NCBI GenBank assembly: GCA_037446635.1
Contig: JBBIIG010000010.1
Location: forward strand, 32,600-96,599
Direction of reading: 5' to 3'
Origin: a bacterium
Lineage (GTDB): Bacteria > Zhuqueibacterota > Zhuqueibacteria > Oceanimicrobiales > Oceanimicrobiaceae
DNA length: 64,000 nucleotides
Of this stretch, positions 28,764 to 40,035 are shown one piece after another. Both the position numbers and the translations under genes were made by a program. Numbering within the stretch: position 1 is the stretch's first letter; each line of letters starts with the position of its first letter. Below the pieces are notes generated by a model. That model ran no database searches, was not told the DNA's origin, and saw only the letters and a program-made list of their open reading frames with translations.

Positions 28764-29597
28764 ATGCTTAATGTAACGTTACAGGATTTGTTGATTGCCG
28801 GCTCCCATTTTGGCCACCTCACCCGCAGGTGGAATCCCAAAATGAAGAAATACATTTTCATGGAGCGCAACGGCATCTACATCATCGATCTCAAAAAGAC
28901 GCTGGAATGCCTGCAGCAGGCCTACCAGGCCGTCGTCGATTTGACCAAAGCCGGCGAAAAAGTGCTGTTCGTCGGCACCAAAAAGCAGGCGAAAGACATC
29001 ATCAAAGCCGAAGCCGAGCGCAGCAATTCGTTTTATATGAACGAGCGCTGGCTGGGCGGCACCCTCACCAATTACGCCACCATCAAAAAGAGCATCAAGC
29101 ATCTCAAGAATATCGAAAAGATGGCCACTGACGGCACGTATGATAAACTCACCAAAAAAGAAATTTTGCGGCTCGAGCGCGAGCGCGAAAAGTTAGAATC
29201 GGCGTTGGGCGGAATCCGCGATATGAACAAATTGCCGGGCGCCATTTTCGTGGTGGATACCAAAAAAGAGGCCATCGCGGTTGCCGAGGCCGCCAAATTA
29301 GGCATCCCCATCGTGGCGATTGTTGACACCAACTGCGATCCGGAGGTTATCGATTATCCCATCCCCGGCAACGACGACGCCTTTAAATCCATCAATTTGA
29401 TTACTCACGCCATCGCGGATGCGGTGATCGAAGGTTCCAGCACCCAGCAGCGGCGCGCCGCTGACGAAGAGGCCGGCGAGGCTGTGCGTGAAATCGAGCC
29501 TCGCGATGAAGTCATCGTCACCGAAGACGCCGAAGAGTTGGAAGCGGTGGCAGAGAAAATTAAAGGATCAGAAAATGATGTGTATGAAGAAGCTTAA
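28764..29597 (+). CDS. rpsB: 30S ribosomal protein S2
   Basis: [28 protein letters not shown]. Confidence 0.98.
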   Translation: MLNVTLQDLLIAGSHFGHLTRRWNPKMKKYIFMERNGIYIIDLKKTLECLQQAYQAVVDLTKAGEKVLFVGTKKQAKDIIKAEAERSNSFYMNERWLGGTLTNYATIKKSIKHLKNIEKMATDGTYDKLTKKEILRLEREREKLESALGGIRDMNKLPGAIFVVDTKKEAIAVAEAAKLGIPIVAIVDTNCDPEVIDYPIPGNDDAFKSINLITHAIADAVIEGSSTQQRRAADEEAGEAVREIEPRDEVIVTEDAEELEAVAEKIKGSENDVYEEA

Positions 29598-29619
29598 GAG
29601 AGTGGAGGCGGTTTAAGAA

Positions 29620-30213
29620 ATGTCAATATCAGCAGACAAAGTTAAACAGTTACGAGAGCTGACCGGCGCCGGCATCATGGAATGCAAAAGCGCGCTTACC
29701 GAAACCAACGGCGACATTGAGGCCGCCATCGAGTTGCTGCGCAAGAAAGGCATCGCTTCGGCGCAAAAACGCGCCGGCCGCGAAACCAAAGAAGGCCTGG
29801 TGGAGGCGTATATCCACCCTGGCAACCGCCTCGGGGTGTTGATAGAGGTCAATTGCGAAACCGATTTTGTGGCCAAAACCGATGATTTCAAAACTTTTGT
29901 GCGCGATATGGCCATGCAGGTTGCCGCTACCAGCCCGCGGGTGGTCAGCCGCGAAGAATTCTCCAGCGAAGAAATCGAAAAGGAGTTGGAGATTTATCGC
30001 ACGCAAGCCCGCAATGAGGGCAAGCCGGAAAACATCATCGAGCGTTTCGCCCAGGGCAAATTAGAAAAATTTTACCAGGAAACGGTTTTACTGGAGCAAA
30101 GCTTTATCAAAGACCCCGGCAAGAACGTCAAAGATTTGTTGACGGCGATCATTGCCAAGACCGGTGAAAACGTCAACATCCGGCGTTTCGTACGCTTTCA
30201 ATTAGGCGCGTGA
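29620..30213 (+). CDS. tsf: Elongation factor Ts (short form)
   Basis: VKQLRELTGAGIMECK, NCETDFVA. Confidence 0.98.
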   Translation: MSISADKVKQLRELTGAGIMECKSALTETNGDIEAAIELLRKKGIASAQKRAGRETKEGLVEAYIHPGNRLGVLIEVNCETDFVAKTDDFKTFVRDMAMQVAATSPRVVSREEFSSEEIEKELEIYRTQARNEGKPENIIERFAQGKLEKFYQETVLLEQSFIKDPGKNVKDLLTAIIAKTGENVNIRRFVRFQLGA

Positions 30214-30969
<756 letters not shown>

Positions 30970-30999
30970 TTAGAAATTCAGCGCGACGCGGAAGCCCGC

Positions 31000-31521
31000 A
31001 TGGAAAAAGCGGTTGAAAGCACCCGACAGGAGCTGGCGCAAATTCGAACCGGCAAAGCCTCGCCGGCGCTATTGGACACCATCAAAGTTTCGTACTACGG
31101 CTCGATGGTGCCGTTGAAACAGGTGGCGGGCATCAACACTCCGGAGCCGAGATTGATCACCATTCAGCCGTGGGACAAAAGCTTGATCGGCGAAATCGAA
31201 AAAGCGATTTTGAAATCCGATTTAGGGCTGACGCCGGTCAACGATGGCCTGCTCATTCGGCTGCCCATCCCGGTGCTCACCGAAGAACGCCGCAAAGATT
31301 TGGTGCGCCTCTGCCACAAGCTGGTGGAAGAAGGCCGGGTCGCCATTCGCAACGTCCGCCGCGACGCTAACGAGCGTTTGAAAAAACTCGAAAAAGATCA
31401 CAAAATATCTGAAGACGATTTCCATAAAGCGGTCGAGCACGTGCAAAAGACCACCGATAAATTCATCAGCCTCATCGACGAGATCATGAAAAAGAAAGAA
31501 GAAGAGATATTGGAAGTCTAA
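31000..31521 (+). CDS. frr: Ribosome recycling factor (true start probably upstream, see findings)
   Basis: IRTGKASP, LTEERRKDL, RNVRRD. Confidence 0.96.
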   Translation: MEKAVESTRQELAQIRTGKASPALLDTIKVSYYGSMVPLKQVAGINTPEPRLITIQPWDKSLIGEIEKAILKSDLGLTPVNDGLLIRLPIPVLTEERRKDLVRLCHKLVEEGRVAIRNVRRDANERLKKLEKDHKISEDDFHKAVEHVQKTTDKFISLIDEIMKKKEEEILEV

Positions 31522-31559
31522 ATCAAATGTGAGCTGTATGTTTTAAGTTCGTCTAATTT

Positions 31560-31599
31560 AAAAGCCGTTGCGGCGATGCGGGTAACGGCTTTCTTTTTT
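31560..31599 (+). terminator. Intrinsic terminator after frr
   Basis: AAAGCCGTTGC...GTAACGGCTTT followed by CTTTTTT. Confidence 0.75.
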
Positions 31600-31602
31600 G
31601 TT

Positions 31603-32544
31603 ATGCTGACCTTTGCTAAATTTCTTTTCGTTCTGTTTTGTGGATTTTTGCCGCTAAATGTCTGGGCATTTGGCGACGGCAAAAATTTTGTGGTGAAATT
31701 TTTGTTCGCGTTCCCGGACGCCGCTTCGCAAGGCCTTTCACTGGCGCAGCCGCAGGCCCTCGCCATCGACCCCGAGGGCCAGGTTTACGTGGTTGACGCC
31801 GGCAACCACCGCATCGTGAAATTCGACGCGGCCGGCAATTTCCAGCAAACCGTTGGCGGGTTCGGCTGGGAACGCCAGCAATTCGATCGCCCGCTGGACG
31901 CCACCGCCAAAACCGGCCTCGATCTCTTCGTCGCCGATTACAACAACGAACGCATCGAGCGCTATGATTTGAAGCTGAATTTCATCTCGTCGCTTTATTC
32001 CGACGAAACCCTACCCGCCGCTCTGCAATTCGGATTTCCCAGCGGCGTGGACATCTCCCGCCACGGCGAAATTTTTATCGTTGACACCGAAAACAATCGC
32101 GTTCTAAAATTGAACAGCGCTGGCCGCCCGGATGTGAGTTTCGGCGATTTCAACTGGGGCGCCGGCCAACTGCAGCAGCCGGCGAAAATCGAGGTCAGCG
32201 CCGCCGACCAGGTTTTCGTTTCGGATTTGAAAGCCAACGCCATCGTCGTGTTCGATTATTACGGAAATTTCGTGACGCGTTTCGGGAGCGACGCCCTGCT
32301 CAAACCCAGTGGCCTTGCGGCCGCGGACGGCTATCTTTACGTCGCCGACTCCGGCCATCATCAGGTGGCGGTGTTCAACCAGCAGCACCAACTGGTTTTC
32401 CGCTGGGGAGAATTGGGCAGCCAATTTGGCGCGTTCAACGAACCGGTGGACGTGGGAATTCACCGCGGCAAAATTTTTGTCCTCGATGCCGGCAACGCCC
32501 GGGTGCAGGTTTTCGAGCTGAGTGAAAAACCGTCGCGCGAGTAG
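31603..32544 (+). CDS. Exported NHL-repeat beta-propeller protein
   Basis: Repeats PxxlaiDxxGxvYVvDxgNhRI; signal peptide; the 31576 ATG lies inside the frr terminator. Confidence 0.88.
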   Translation: MLTFAKFLFVLFCGFLPLNVWAFGDGKNFVVKFLFAFPDAASQGLSLAQPQALAIDPEGQVYVVDAGNHRIVKFDAAGNFQQTVGGFGWERQQFDRPLDATAKTGLDLFVADYNNERIERYDLKLNFISSLYSDETLPAALQFGFPSGVDISRHGEIFIVDTENNRVLKLNSAGRPDVSFGDFNWGAGQLQQPAKIEVSAADQVFVSDLKANAIVVFDYYGNFVTRFGSDALLKPSGLAAADGYLYVADSGHHQVAVFNQQHQLVFRWGELGSQFGAFNEPVDVGIHRGKIFVLDAGNARVQVFELSEKPSRE

Positions 32545-32617
32545 CCGTAAATTTAATACAGGAGGGGTCGCGAAGCTTTTGTTACGAATTTAAATCACAA
32601 CGTTTTCTGGTTGGATC

Positions 32618-35600
32618 GTGACCCGCGCCTATTCGAAATTTTTGTTTGCCGGACTTGCTGGCCTGTTTTCATTTCACTGCGCCGCTGCGCTGTTTGCGTT
32701 ACAAACGGTTCCTCCCGGCCGCGAAGGGCGTTCCCTGTTTGAAAAAGAAATCACGCTTCCAGTCGATAGCCTGTCCCTGCGTTATTTTCTTCCCGATTCT
32801 TTTTTAATTCCCGGTACTGAATTTCTCCGTGCGGATTCACTGGCGCTGCAGCGCGAGCGCGATTACGTTATTCATTATGTTGATGGCGTGATCGAATTAA
32901 AAAAGAGAGTCGCCCCGGCGGCAAAGCTCAATATCCGCTACCAGATTTTTCCCGCCTCGATTCGAAAGACTTACTTCCGACGGAAAATCATTCTCGCCGA
33001 TACTTCGACTTCTAAAAACGCCAATTCCACCCCTCAAACAAAGCCCCGGCCGAGTCCCGCGCCGCAAGAAGTTTTTGGATCCGACCTGCGCAAAAGCGGC
33101 AGCCTCACCCGCGGCATCACCGTCGGCAGCAATCAGAATTTGCAGGTGGACTCCGGACTGCGCATGCAGATTGCCGGCAAGCTCACCAACGATATCGAGG
33201 TGGTGGCTTCGCTGACGGATCAAAACACGCCCATTCAACCGGAAGGCAACACGCAAACGCTGCAGGAGATCGACAAAGTGTTCGTGCAAATCAAAGCGCC
33301 GAACGTGCAAACCACGTTGGGCGATTACAATTTGTCCTTCGGCGGCGGGCAGTTCACCACCTACAATCGCAAGCTGCAGGGCGCGATGGCGCAGGCCGAG
33401 TTTCAAAATTTTTCAGCGACGGTTTCCGGCGCGGTTTCCCGCGGCCGCTTTACCACCAATGAATTTTTGGGACAGGAGGGCAACCAGGGCCCCTACCAAC
33501 TCCGCGGCAGCGAGGGCCAAATTCACATTCTGGTGCTGGCCGGCACCGAGCGCGTTTGGGTGGACGGCCAGCTCCTGACCCGCGGCGAAACCAACGATTA
33601 CATCATCGAATACAGCAACGGCCAGATTACCTTCACCCGCCAGCGGCTCATCACCGCCGACTCGCGCATCACCGTGGATTTTCAATTTTCCGACGAAAGT
33701 TACCGGCGCAATCTCTGGGGCGTGAGCGGCGAGAGCCGTTTTTTCGACGACAAAATTAAGTTTCGCGCCACCTTCATTCGCGAAAGCGACGACAAAGACG
33801 ATCCGCTGAGCCGCACCTTCACGGATGATTTTATCGCCGCCCTCGAAGCCGCCGGCGACAGCGCCGCCGTCGTTCCCGGCTTCACGTTTGTTGGCCCCGA
33901 TAGCGGCAACTACCGCCTCGACGAGCGCGGCGTGTTCGTTTTCGTCGGCGAGAAGGCCGGCGACTACAACGTTTCGTTTTCTTTTTTTGGCGAAAACCGC
34001 GGCGACTATCGCAACGTCGGGCTGGGCCGGTTCGAGTTTGTCGGCGAGAATCGCGGCAGCTACCGCCCGTTTATTATTTTGCCGCCGGCGCAGCGGCACG
34101 AGGTAGTGGGTTTTGATTTCGAGATTTCGCCGAGCCGCGCGCTCAATCTCAAAAGCGAGCTGGCCGTCAGCCAGCTCGATCGCAATTTGTTTTCGTCCCT
34201 CGACGACGACGACAACCAGGGCGCGGCGTTCGCGGTGCAGCTTGATTTTCAGCCGCAGAAGGTCAAGCTGGGCGATTTGAATTTAGGGCGGTTTAATTTC
34301 AATTCGCAGATTCGGCGCAAAAATTCTCGCTTTCGTGATATCGATCGCACCACGCAAGTGGAATTCAACCGCCGCTGGAACATCAGCGAAACCGCCTCGC
34401 CGGAGGAAACGATTGTGGAGATGCGCAGCGGGTATGTTCCGGTGACCGCTCTGTCGTTTCAAGGCGGGGTGGGCCGGTTGTCAAAGTCGAGTTTATTTGA
34501 ATCGAATCGTTGGGATGCGCAGGTCAATTTCAACCAGCCGAAGTTACCGGCGCTGAGCTACTTTGTTGAGAAGATTGATCGCGAAGATAGGAATTTATTG
34601 TCGGGCAGTTCGTGGCTGCGGCAGCGCGGCCGCGCCGAGTACGATCTAAAAAAATTGCGGCCGGTGTTCGAATACGAAGGTGAAATCCGCAAAGACGCCG
34701 AGCGCGATTCGTCGCAGAGCGGGTTCCGCTTCGATTCTTACACCGGGGGAATCGATTTTGCGCCGTGGAAAAATCTCACCGCTTCCGCGCGCTTCAATTA
34801 TCGTGATGATCGGGATCGCCGCGCCGGAACGTTTGTTCCGAAATCCATCGCCAAAACGCAATCCTATTCGTGGACGCTCACCAATTGGCGCGCGATTTCG
34901 GCGGCCGCATCTTATACGCATCGTACTCGCGATTTCAGCGATGCCGGCGTTGCAGACACCCGCACCGATCTTGCCGACTTCCGCATCGGCCACGCGCCGC
35001 GCTCGGGTGGAATTCGCAGCAACCTCTATTATCAAATCTCCAACACGCAAGCGGCAAAGTTAGAGGAAAAATTTTTTGAAGTGAACGAGGGCGAAGGCAA
35101 TTTCCGATTCAATCCGGAGACCAACGAATTTGAGCCGGATCCATTTGGCAACTTTATCCGCCAGGTGATTGCGACCAACGATTTTATCCCGGTGATCGAG
35201 CTGCGTTTCCGCACCGACCTGCGCCTCGCCCCGGAACGATTTTTCAACAGCGCACAAAAATCGGCGCCCAAAGGATTTTTACGGCGCTTGCTGAGCCCGC
35301 TGACTTCCGAAACCTTTTTGCGAATCGATGAGCGCACCACTGAGGACGACGTTGCCAAAATTTATTTGTTGAAGTTGAATTACTTTCAGCAGGACAGCAC
35401 TACGATTTTCGGCAGCATCGAGCTGCGGCAGGACGTGCACCTGTGGGAGAACAGCCGAAAATTTTCGCTGCGCTATCGCTATCGCAATCGCGCCGAAAAG
35501 AACAACCAGTTCATCGACGGCGGTCAGGATCGCCGGGTGCGCGAGCAGCGGCTGCGGCTGCTCAACCAGTTTTCGCCGCAGGTTTCGACGCAGATTGAAT

Positions 35601-36061
35601 TCATCCACTCCGAAGAGGATCGGCTGTTTCGGCAATTGGGCCGCGACAATCGCAAAGTTCGATCGCAAGCGCTGGAATTGGATGCTGTTTATCGTCCGAA
35701 TCCAAAACTTGAGTTGGGAATCAAGAGCCAGCTCGGCTTCAATCGCGACATCGTTCCGCAGCAGCCCACGAAAGCCAACGTCATCGCGTTGACGCCGCGC
35801 AGCAATTATTCCATCAGCAAAACCGGGCGCCTGCGCGGCGAAATCGAATGGACACGCGTGTTGGTTGCGCCGGAAGATCGCGTCATTCCGTTTGAGCTCA
35901 CTGGCGGCCGGCGCGCGGGGTCGTCGCTGCGGTGGAATTTCGGGTTTGATTATCGTTTTTCGCGCAACGTGCAGGCGTCGCTGAGTTACTTTGGCCGTCG
36001 TGAGCCGGACCTGCCGCAGTCGCAACATTTTTTGCGGATGGAGATGCGGGCGTTTTTTTGA
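32618..36061 (+). CDS. Large exported protein, probable outer-membrane beta-barrel, unknown function
   Basis: Signal peptide, KSGSLTRGITVGSNQ...DQNTPIQPEGNTQTLQEIDKVFVQI block, amphipathic strands, C-terminal Phe. Confidence 0.75.
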   Translation: MTRAYSKFLFAGLAGLFSFHCAAALFALQTVPPGREGRSLFEKEITLPVDSLSLRYFLPDSFLIPGTEFLRADSLALQRERDYVIHYVDGVIELKKRVAPAAKLNIRYQIFPASIRKTYFRRKIILADTSTSKNANSTPQTKPRPSPAPQEVFGSDLRKSGSLTRGITVGSNQNLQVDSGLRMQIAGKLTNDIEVVASLTDQNTPIQPEGNTQTLQEIDKVFVQIKAPNVQTTLGDYNLSFGGGQFTTYNRKLQGAMAQAEFQNFSATVSGAVSRGRFTTNEFLGQEGNQGPYQLRGSEGQIHILVLAGTERVWVDGQLLTRGETNDYIIEYSNGQITFTRQRLITADSRITVDFQFSDESYRRNLWGVSGESRFFDDKIKFRATFIRESDDKDDPLSRTFTDDFIAALEAAGDSAAVVPGFTFVGPDSGNYRLDERGVFVFVGEKAGDYNVSFSFFGENRGDYRNVGLGRFEFVGENRGSYRPFIILPPAQRHEVVGFDFEISPSRALNLKSELAVSQLDRNLFSSLDDDDNQGAAFAVQLDFQPQKVKLGDLNLGRFNFNSQIRRKNSRFRDIDRTTQVEFNRRWNISETASPEETIVEMRSGYVPVTALSFQGGVGRLSKSSLFESNRWDAQVNFNQPKLPALSYFVEKIDREDRNLLSGSSWLRQRGRAEYDLKKLRPVFEYEGEIRKDAERDSSQSGFRFDSYTGGIDFAPWKNLTASARFNYRDDRDRRAGTFVPKSIAKTQSYSWTLTNWRAISAAASYTHRTRDFSDAGVADTRTDLADFRIGHAPRSGGIRSNLYYQISNTQAAKLEEKFFEVNEGEGNFRFNPETNEFEPDPFGNFIRQVIATNDFIPVIELRFRTDLRLAPERFFNSAQKSAPKGFLRRLLSPLTSETFLRIDERTTEDDVAKIYLLKLNYFQQDSTTIFGSIELRQDVHLWENSRKFSLRYRYRNRAEKNNQFIDGGQDRRVREQRLRLLNQFSPQVSTQIEFIHSEEDRLFRQLGRDNRKVRSQALELDAVYRPNPKLELGIKSQLGFNRDIVPQQPTKANVIALTPRSNYSISKTGRLRGEIEWTRVLVAPEDRVIPFELTGGRRAGSSLRWNFGFDYRFSRNVQASLSYFGRREPDLPQSQHFLRMEMRAFF

Positions 36062-36065
36062 GTCT

Positions 36066-36201
36066 CGCCTGAAAATAAATTTTTCGGAGACCGATCCGCT
36101 TCGCGGACAGGCTAAGAGCGGAAGTCGGCTGAAGCCGACTGGAAAAGTGCAGTCTGCTTTAGCAGACTTAAGCTATGAGCCAGAAATTTTAATTTCTGGC
36201 G
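36066..36201. repeat. Four-hairpin REP-like element homologous to the MITE interior
   Basis: Same order of hairpins and linkers (CAGGCTAA, TAAGCTAT) as 16780-16894 with compensatory stem changes. Confidence 0.8.
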
Positions 36202-36243
36202 ATGCCGCGCGGTACTGAAATAAAGGCCATTTGATCCAACTTT

Positions 36244-38043
36244 TTGGATGACTCAAAATTGAATCGAACCACTCAAAAAGTCCTGTGTAGTTGTTTTCTT
36301 TTTTTGATGAATGGAACTCCGCTTCTTTTATCACAGGAAAGCGTTAATGCAAAAGCGCGGCTCCACCAAATTAAAATAATCGGAAACGCGCACGTCGCCG
36401 AAAGTGAAATTCAAAGCTGGCTCAACCTGCGCCGCGGCCAGGAAATTTCAGAGCCGCTCATTCACGCGCGCGCGCAAAATCTTTTGCTGCGTTTCCGGGA
36501 AGCGGGTTACTATTTCGCCGCCCTCGATTCGGTGCGATTTCATTATTCGCACGATTCCTCGCGGGTGGAGGCGGCGATTTATTTGCAAGAAGGGGCGCGG
36601 CTGAGAATCGGGCAGCTGCAGTTGCGGGGATTGGATGATCAGGACGATCTCAAAGATGAATTGCGAACCCGACCAGGCCGCTATTTTCAACACCACAATC
36701 TTGAGGAAGATATCGACGCGATTTTGCGATATTTTGAAGAGCGGGGATTTCCTTACTGCCGGGTGAATATCGAGCGCTTGGATTTTCGGGGCCTGGAGAA
36801 GGCGGACGAAATGGCGGTTGACGTGACGCTCAAAGTTGATCCTGGCCCCGCTGTCGAGATTGGCGAAATTGAAATTCGCGGCAACGAGCTCACCAAAACG
36901 CGGGTGATTCAGCGCGAACTCGGCGTCCGCCGCGGCGATATCTACCAGCAGCGCCGCATCGACAAAATTGCGCCGCAACTGCTGCGGCTGGGCTATTTCA
37001 AATGGGTCAATCCGCCGCAATTGGAGTGGCTGCCGGACAGCACCGGCCGCCTCGTCATCGAATTGGCGGAGGGCAGCAGCAACCGCTTCGACGGCGTGCT
37101 GGGGTACAATCCGCCGGTGGGTAACAGCCGTGGTTTTGTGACCGGCTTGATCGATATATCATTCAGAAATTTGTTTGGAACCGGCCGCCAGATCGACGCC
37201 CGCTGGGAGCGCCGCACCGCCCGCACTCAGCAGTTGCGGTTTCGCTACCTCGAACCCTGGGTCGCCGGCTTGCCCCTCAACGCGGCGATACGCTTTGAGC
37301 AGTTGATTCAGGACACGATTTTCGTGCAGCGCGAAATCGGCCTGGAGGCGAGCTATCGCATCAATGAAAATGTTTCTTTGCTTGCTGGCGTGTCCCGCCG
37401 CGACGTGTCGCCGGATTCGTTGGGGCAGGCGGTGTTCGGAATTCCGGCGAGTCATTCCATCAACTTTGCGGTGGGGCTAAATTTGAATACCCTCGACTAC
37501 CCGCGCAATCCCAAGAAAGGAATTCATTATGAGACCACGTTTGAATGGAGCCGCAAAAGCATCGCCGACGCGGTCGCGGACCGCGACGGTTCGTTTAACC
37601 AGCGGCGAATCGCGCTGGATTTCGAAACCTACATCTCGCTATTCCGCTGGCAGGTTTTTGCTTTCGCTTTGCACGGCCGGCAAATCACCAGCGGCGAAGA
37701 TTTGATTTCGATCACCGATCACTTTCGCCTCGGCGGCGCTCGCAGTCTGCGCGGCTATCGCGAGGAACAATTTCGCGGCGACCGCATCGCCTGGGCCAAT
37801 TTCGAATATCGTTATCTTTTAAACCGGGAGTCGCGTTTCTTTGTATTTTTGGATGCCGGATATTTTCATCGCCAGGAACTGGTCGCCGAAAGGTTGCTAA
37901 CTTTCGAGGATGTGCAAGTCGGCTACGGCCTCGGTCTGCGCGTCGATACTCGGCTGGGATTTTTTGGCATCGATTACGGCTTGGGGGAAGGCGACGGTCT
38001 CTCCAACGGGAAGGTTCACATCAGCCTCACTAATGAATTCTAA
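36244..38043 (+). CDS. Omp85 family (BamA/TamA-like) protein with POTRA domains
   Basis: IEIRGNELTK..VIQRE POTRA, NLFGTG, LGGARSLRGY, GYGLGLR, C-terminal Phe; start uncertain. Confidence 0.9.
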   Translation: MDDSKLNRTTQKVLCSCFLFLMNGTPLLLSQESVNAKARLHQIKIIGNAHVAESEIQSWLNLRRGQEISEPLIHARAQNLLLRFREAGYYFAALDSVRFHYSHDSSRVEAAIYLQEGARLRIGQLQLRGLDDQDDLKDELRTRPGRYFQHHNLEEDIDAILRYFEERGFPYCRVNIERLDFRGLEKADEMAVDVTLKVDPGPAVEIGEIEIRGNELTKTRVIQRELGVRRGDIYQQRRIDKIAPQLLRLGYFKWVNPPQLEWLPDSTGRLVIELAEGSSNRFDGVLGYNPPVGNSRGFVTGLIDISFRNLFGTGRQIDARWERRTARTQQLRFRYLEPWVAGLPLNAAIRFEQLIQDTIFVQREIGLEASYRINENVSLLAGVSRRDVSPDSLGQAVFGIPASHSINFAVGLNLNTLDYPRNPKKGIHYETTFEWSRKSIADAVADRDGSFNQRRIALDFETYISLFRWQVFAFALHGRQITSGEDLISITDHFRLGGARSLRGYREEQFRGDRIAWANFEYRYLLNRESRFFVFLDAGYFHRQELVAERLLTFEDVQVGYGLGLRVDTRLGFFGIDYGLGEGDGLSNGKVHISLTNEF

Positions 38044-38878
38044 AGCAAAAAATTATTTCTTGATCGTCCGCCCTTTAAATATTTTTTTGGGTATGGGCAC
38101 GATTTTCGTGGGCGCCGTGCTGGCGGGCGCGCTGTCACCAGCTTGGAAGGTCGCGCTGGCGTGTGTTTCCGGCGGATTGATTATGGCCGGCGGCAACGTC
38201 ATCAACGATTATTTCGACATCGAGATCGATCGCATTAACAAGCCTTTCCGACCGCTGCCTTCGAGTAAACTGGCTCGTCGAACGGCGCTAAAATTCTCAA
38301 CAATTTTGTTTACATTCGGCATTTTTCTTAGTATATTTATCCACCATTTTTCATTTCTAATTGCTGCCGTAACCGTCGTCGGCTTAATCGTTTACAGCGC
38401 CTGGCTCAAGCGAGCGTTTCTTTACGGCAACCTGGTCGTGAGTTTTATTTCTGCAATGGCTTTTGTTTACGGCGCGCTGGCGGTAGGGCGATGGGAATCT
38501 TCATGGATTCCGGCGGCTTTTGCTTTTTTCTTTCATTTGGGCCGGGAGATTATCAAAGATGTGGAGGATCGGGCGGCCGATGCTGCGGCCGGGGCGCAGA
38601 CGTTGGCCATTCGTTTCGGCGAGCGTCGCGCGTTGTTCGTGGCGACGTTGGTTTTCGTTGCTTTGATTTTGTTCACGTTTATTCCTTACGCGTTGGAAGT
38701 TTATGGGAAAGGATATTTTTGGACCGTTTTATTTGGGGTGGATCTGATCATTGTGCTGACGCTGGCGGCCATGTGGCGGCGGCCTGAGCCCAAAATGTTG
38801 CGGCGAGTGTCGGCGATTTTAAAAGCGGATATTTTTGTCGGATTATTCGCCCTCTATTTAGGGGCGCGACCTTTTTGA
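38033..38878 (+). CDS. UbiA-family prenyltransferase, DGGGP synthase-like
   Basis: RPLN, GNVINDYFDIEIDRINKPFRPLPS, REIIKDVEDRAAD; ATG at 38033 overlaps the end of the Omp85 gene. Confidence 0.85.
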   Translation: MNSKAKNYFLIVRPLNIFLGMGTIFVGAVLAGALSPAWKVALACVSGGLIMAGGNVINDYFDIEIDRINKPFRPLPSSKLARRTALKFSTILFTFGIFLSIFIHHFSFLIAAVTVVGLIVYSAWLKRAFLYGNLVVSFISAMAFVYGALAVGRWESSWIPAAFAFFFHLGREIIKDVEDRAADAAAGAQTLAIRFGERRALFVATLVFVALILFTFIPYALEVYGKGYFWTVLFGVDLIIVLTLAAMWRRPEPKMLRRVSAILKADIFVGLFALYLGARPF

Positions 38879-38984
38879 GTTTAGAATTTCATTTCGTTTG
38901 GATTCCTTTCCCTTCTTTCAAACTAAGAAGCCGGTGTTGAACTGAGCCGGCAACTTGGATTTATCTTTTGGGACTTCTGAAACA

Positions 38985-39431
38985 GTGAAAGCAGTGGTGC
39001 AGCGGGTGACCCGTGGTTCGGTCTCCGTTGATGGCAAAATCCTCGGCGCGATTGGCACGGGGTTGGTGATTTTGCTGGGAGTTCGCAACGGCGACACCGC
39101 AGAGGACGCCCGCTACCTGGCAGAAAAATGCGCCAATCTCAGAATCTTCAGCGACGGCCAGGGGAAATTCAATCTTTCCGCGCTGGAGGTAAACGGAGAA
39201 ATGTTGGTGATTTCCCAGTTTACGATTTACGGCGACACCCGCAAAGGCCGGCGGCCGAGCTTCATCGATTCGGCGCCGCCGGAGGCGGCGGAGCCGCTCT
39301 ACCAGGAATTCATGCAGCATTTACGCAACTTAGGCCTGCGCGTTGAAGCCGGCGAGTTTGGCGCAATGATGAACGTAGAAATTCATAACGACGGCCCGGT
39401 GACGCTGATCGTCGAAAGTAAGGGAGGATGA
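38985..39431 (+). CDS. dtd: D-aminoacyl-tRNA deacylase
   Basis: KAVVQRV, SQFT, KGRRPSF, NDGPVT. Confidence 0.96.
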   Translation: MKAVVQRVTRGSVSVDGKILGAIGTGLVILLGVRNGDTAEDARYLAEKCANLRIFSDGQGKFNLSALEVNGEMLVISQFTIYGDTRKGRRPSFIDSAPPEAAEPLYQEFMQHLRNLGLRVEAGEFGAMMNVEIHNDGPVTLIVESKGG

Positions 39432-39441
39432 ATCCGCGACG

Positions 39442-40035
39442 GTGATTTCTCTTAACGGCAAGCGTTTGATTTTGGCCTCGTCGTCACCGCGGCGCGCTCA
39501 GCTTTTGAGGCTCATCGGTCTGGAGTTTGAAGTTATTGCCAGCCAACTAAACGAGGACGACGAAATCTACTCCATCCCCGAGGTGCATGTTTTGGAATTG
39601 GCGCAAAAAAAAGCGCTGAAAGTCGCCGAAACGATTGACGACGGCATCGTCGTTGGCGCCGACACCATCGTGGTTTTGGAAGGCGAGATTCTCGGCAAGC
39701 CGGCGTCACCAAAAGAAGCAAATAAGATGCTGCGGCAGTTGAGCGGCAAGATGCACACGGTTTATACCGGCTTTGCAATTGTGGATCGGCCGTCGGGAAA
39801 CATGCTCAGCGATTACGAGCGCACGCTGGTGACGTTTCGAGATCTGACAGATGAAGAAATTGCGCGCTATGTCGCCACGGAAAGCCCAATGGATAAGGCC
39901 GGCGCCTACGGCATTCAGGATCAAAGCGCAGTTTTTGTAACCGGCGTCAACGGCTGTTTCTACAACGTCATGGGGTTCCCGCTGGCGAAGTTTTATATTA
40001 GGTTGCAATCTTTTTTGCGAGCTCATCACCAATAA
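39442..40035 (+). CDS. maf: Maf family nucleotide pyrophosphatase
   Basis: LILASSSPRR, GADTIV, DKAGAYGIQ. Confidence 0.95.
   Translation: MISLNGKRLILASSSPRRAQLLRLIGLEFEVIASQLNEDDEIYSIPEVHVLELAQKKALKVAETIDDGIVVGADTIVVLEGEILGKPASPKEANKMLRQLSGKMHTVYTGFAIVDRPSGNMLSDYERTLVTFRDLTDEEIARYVATESPMDKAGAYGIQDQSAVFVTGVNGCFYNVMGFPLAKFYIRLQSFLRAHHQ

Noticed and set aside
37910..38032. 41-residue N-terminal extension of the UbiA protein
   Set aside because: Lies within the Omp85 coding end; family similarity begins at the ATG at 38033
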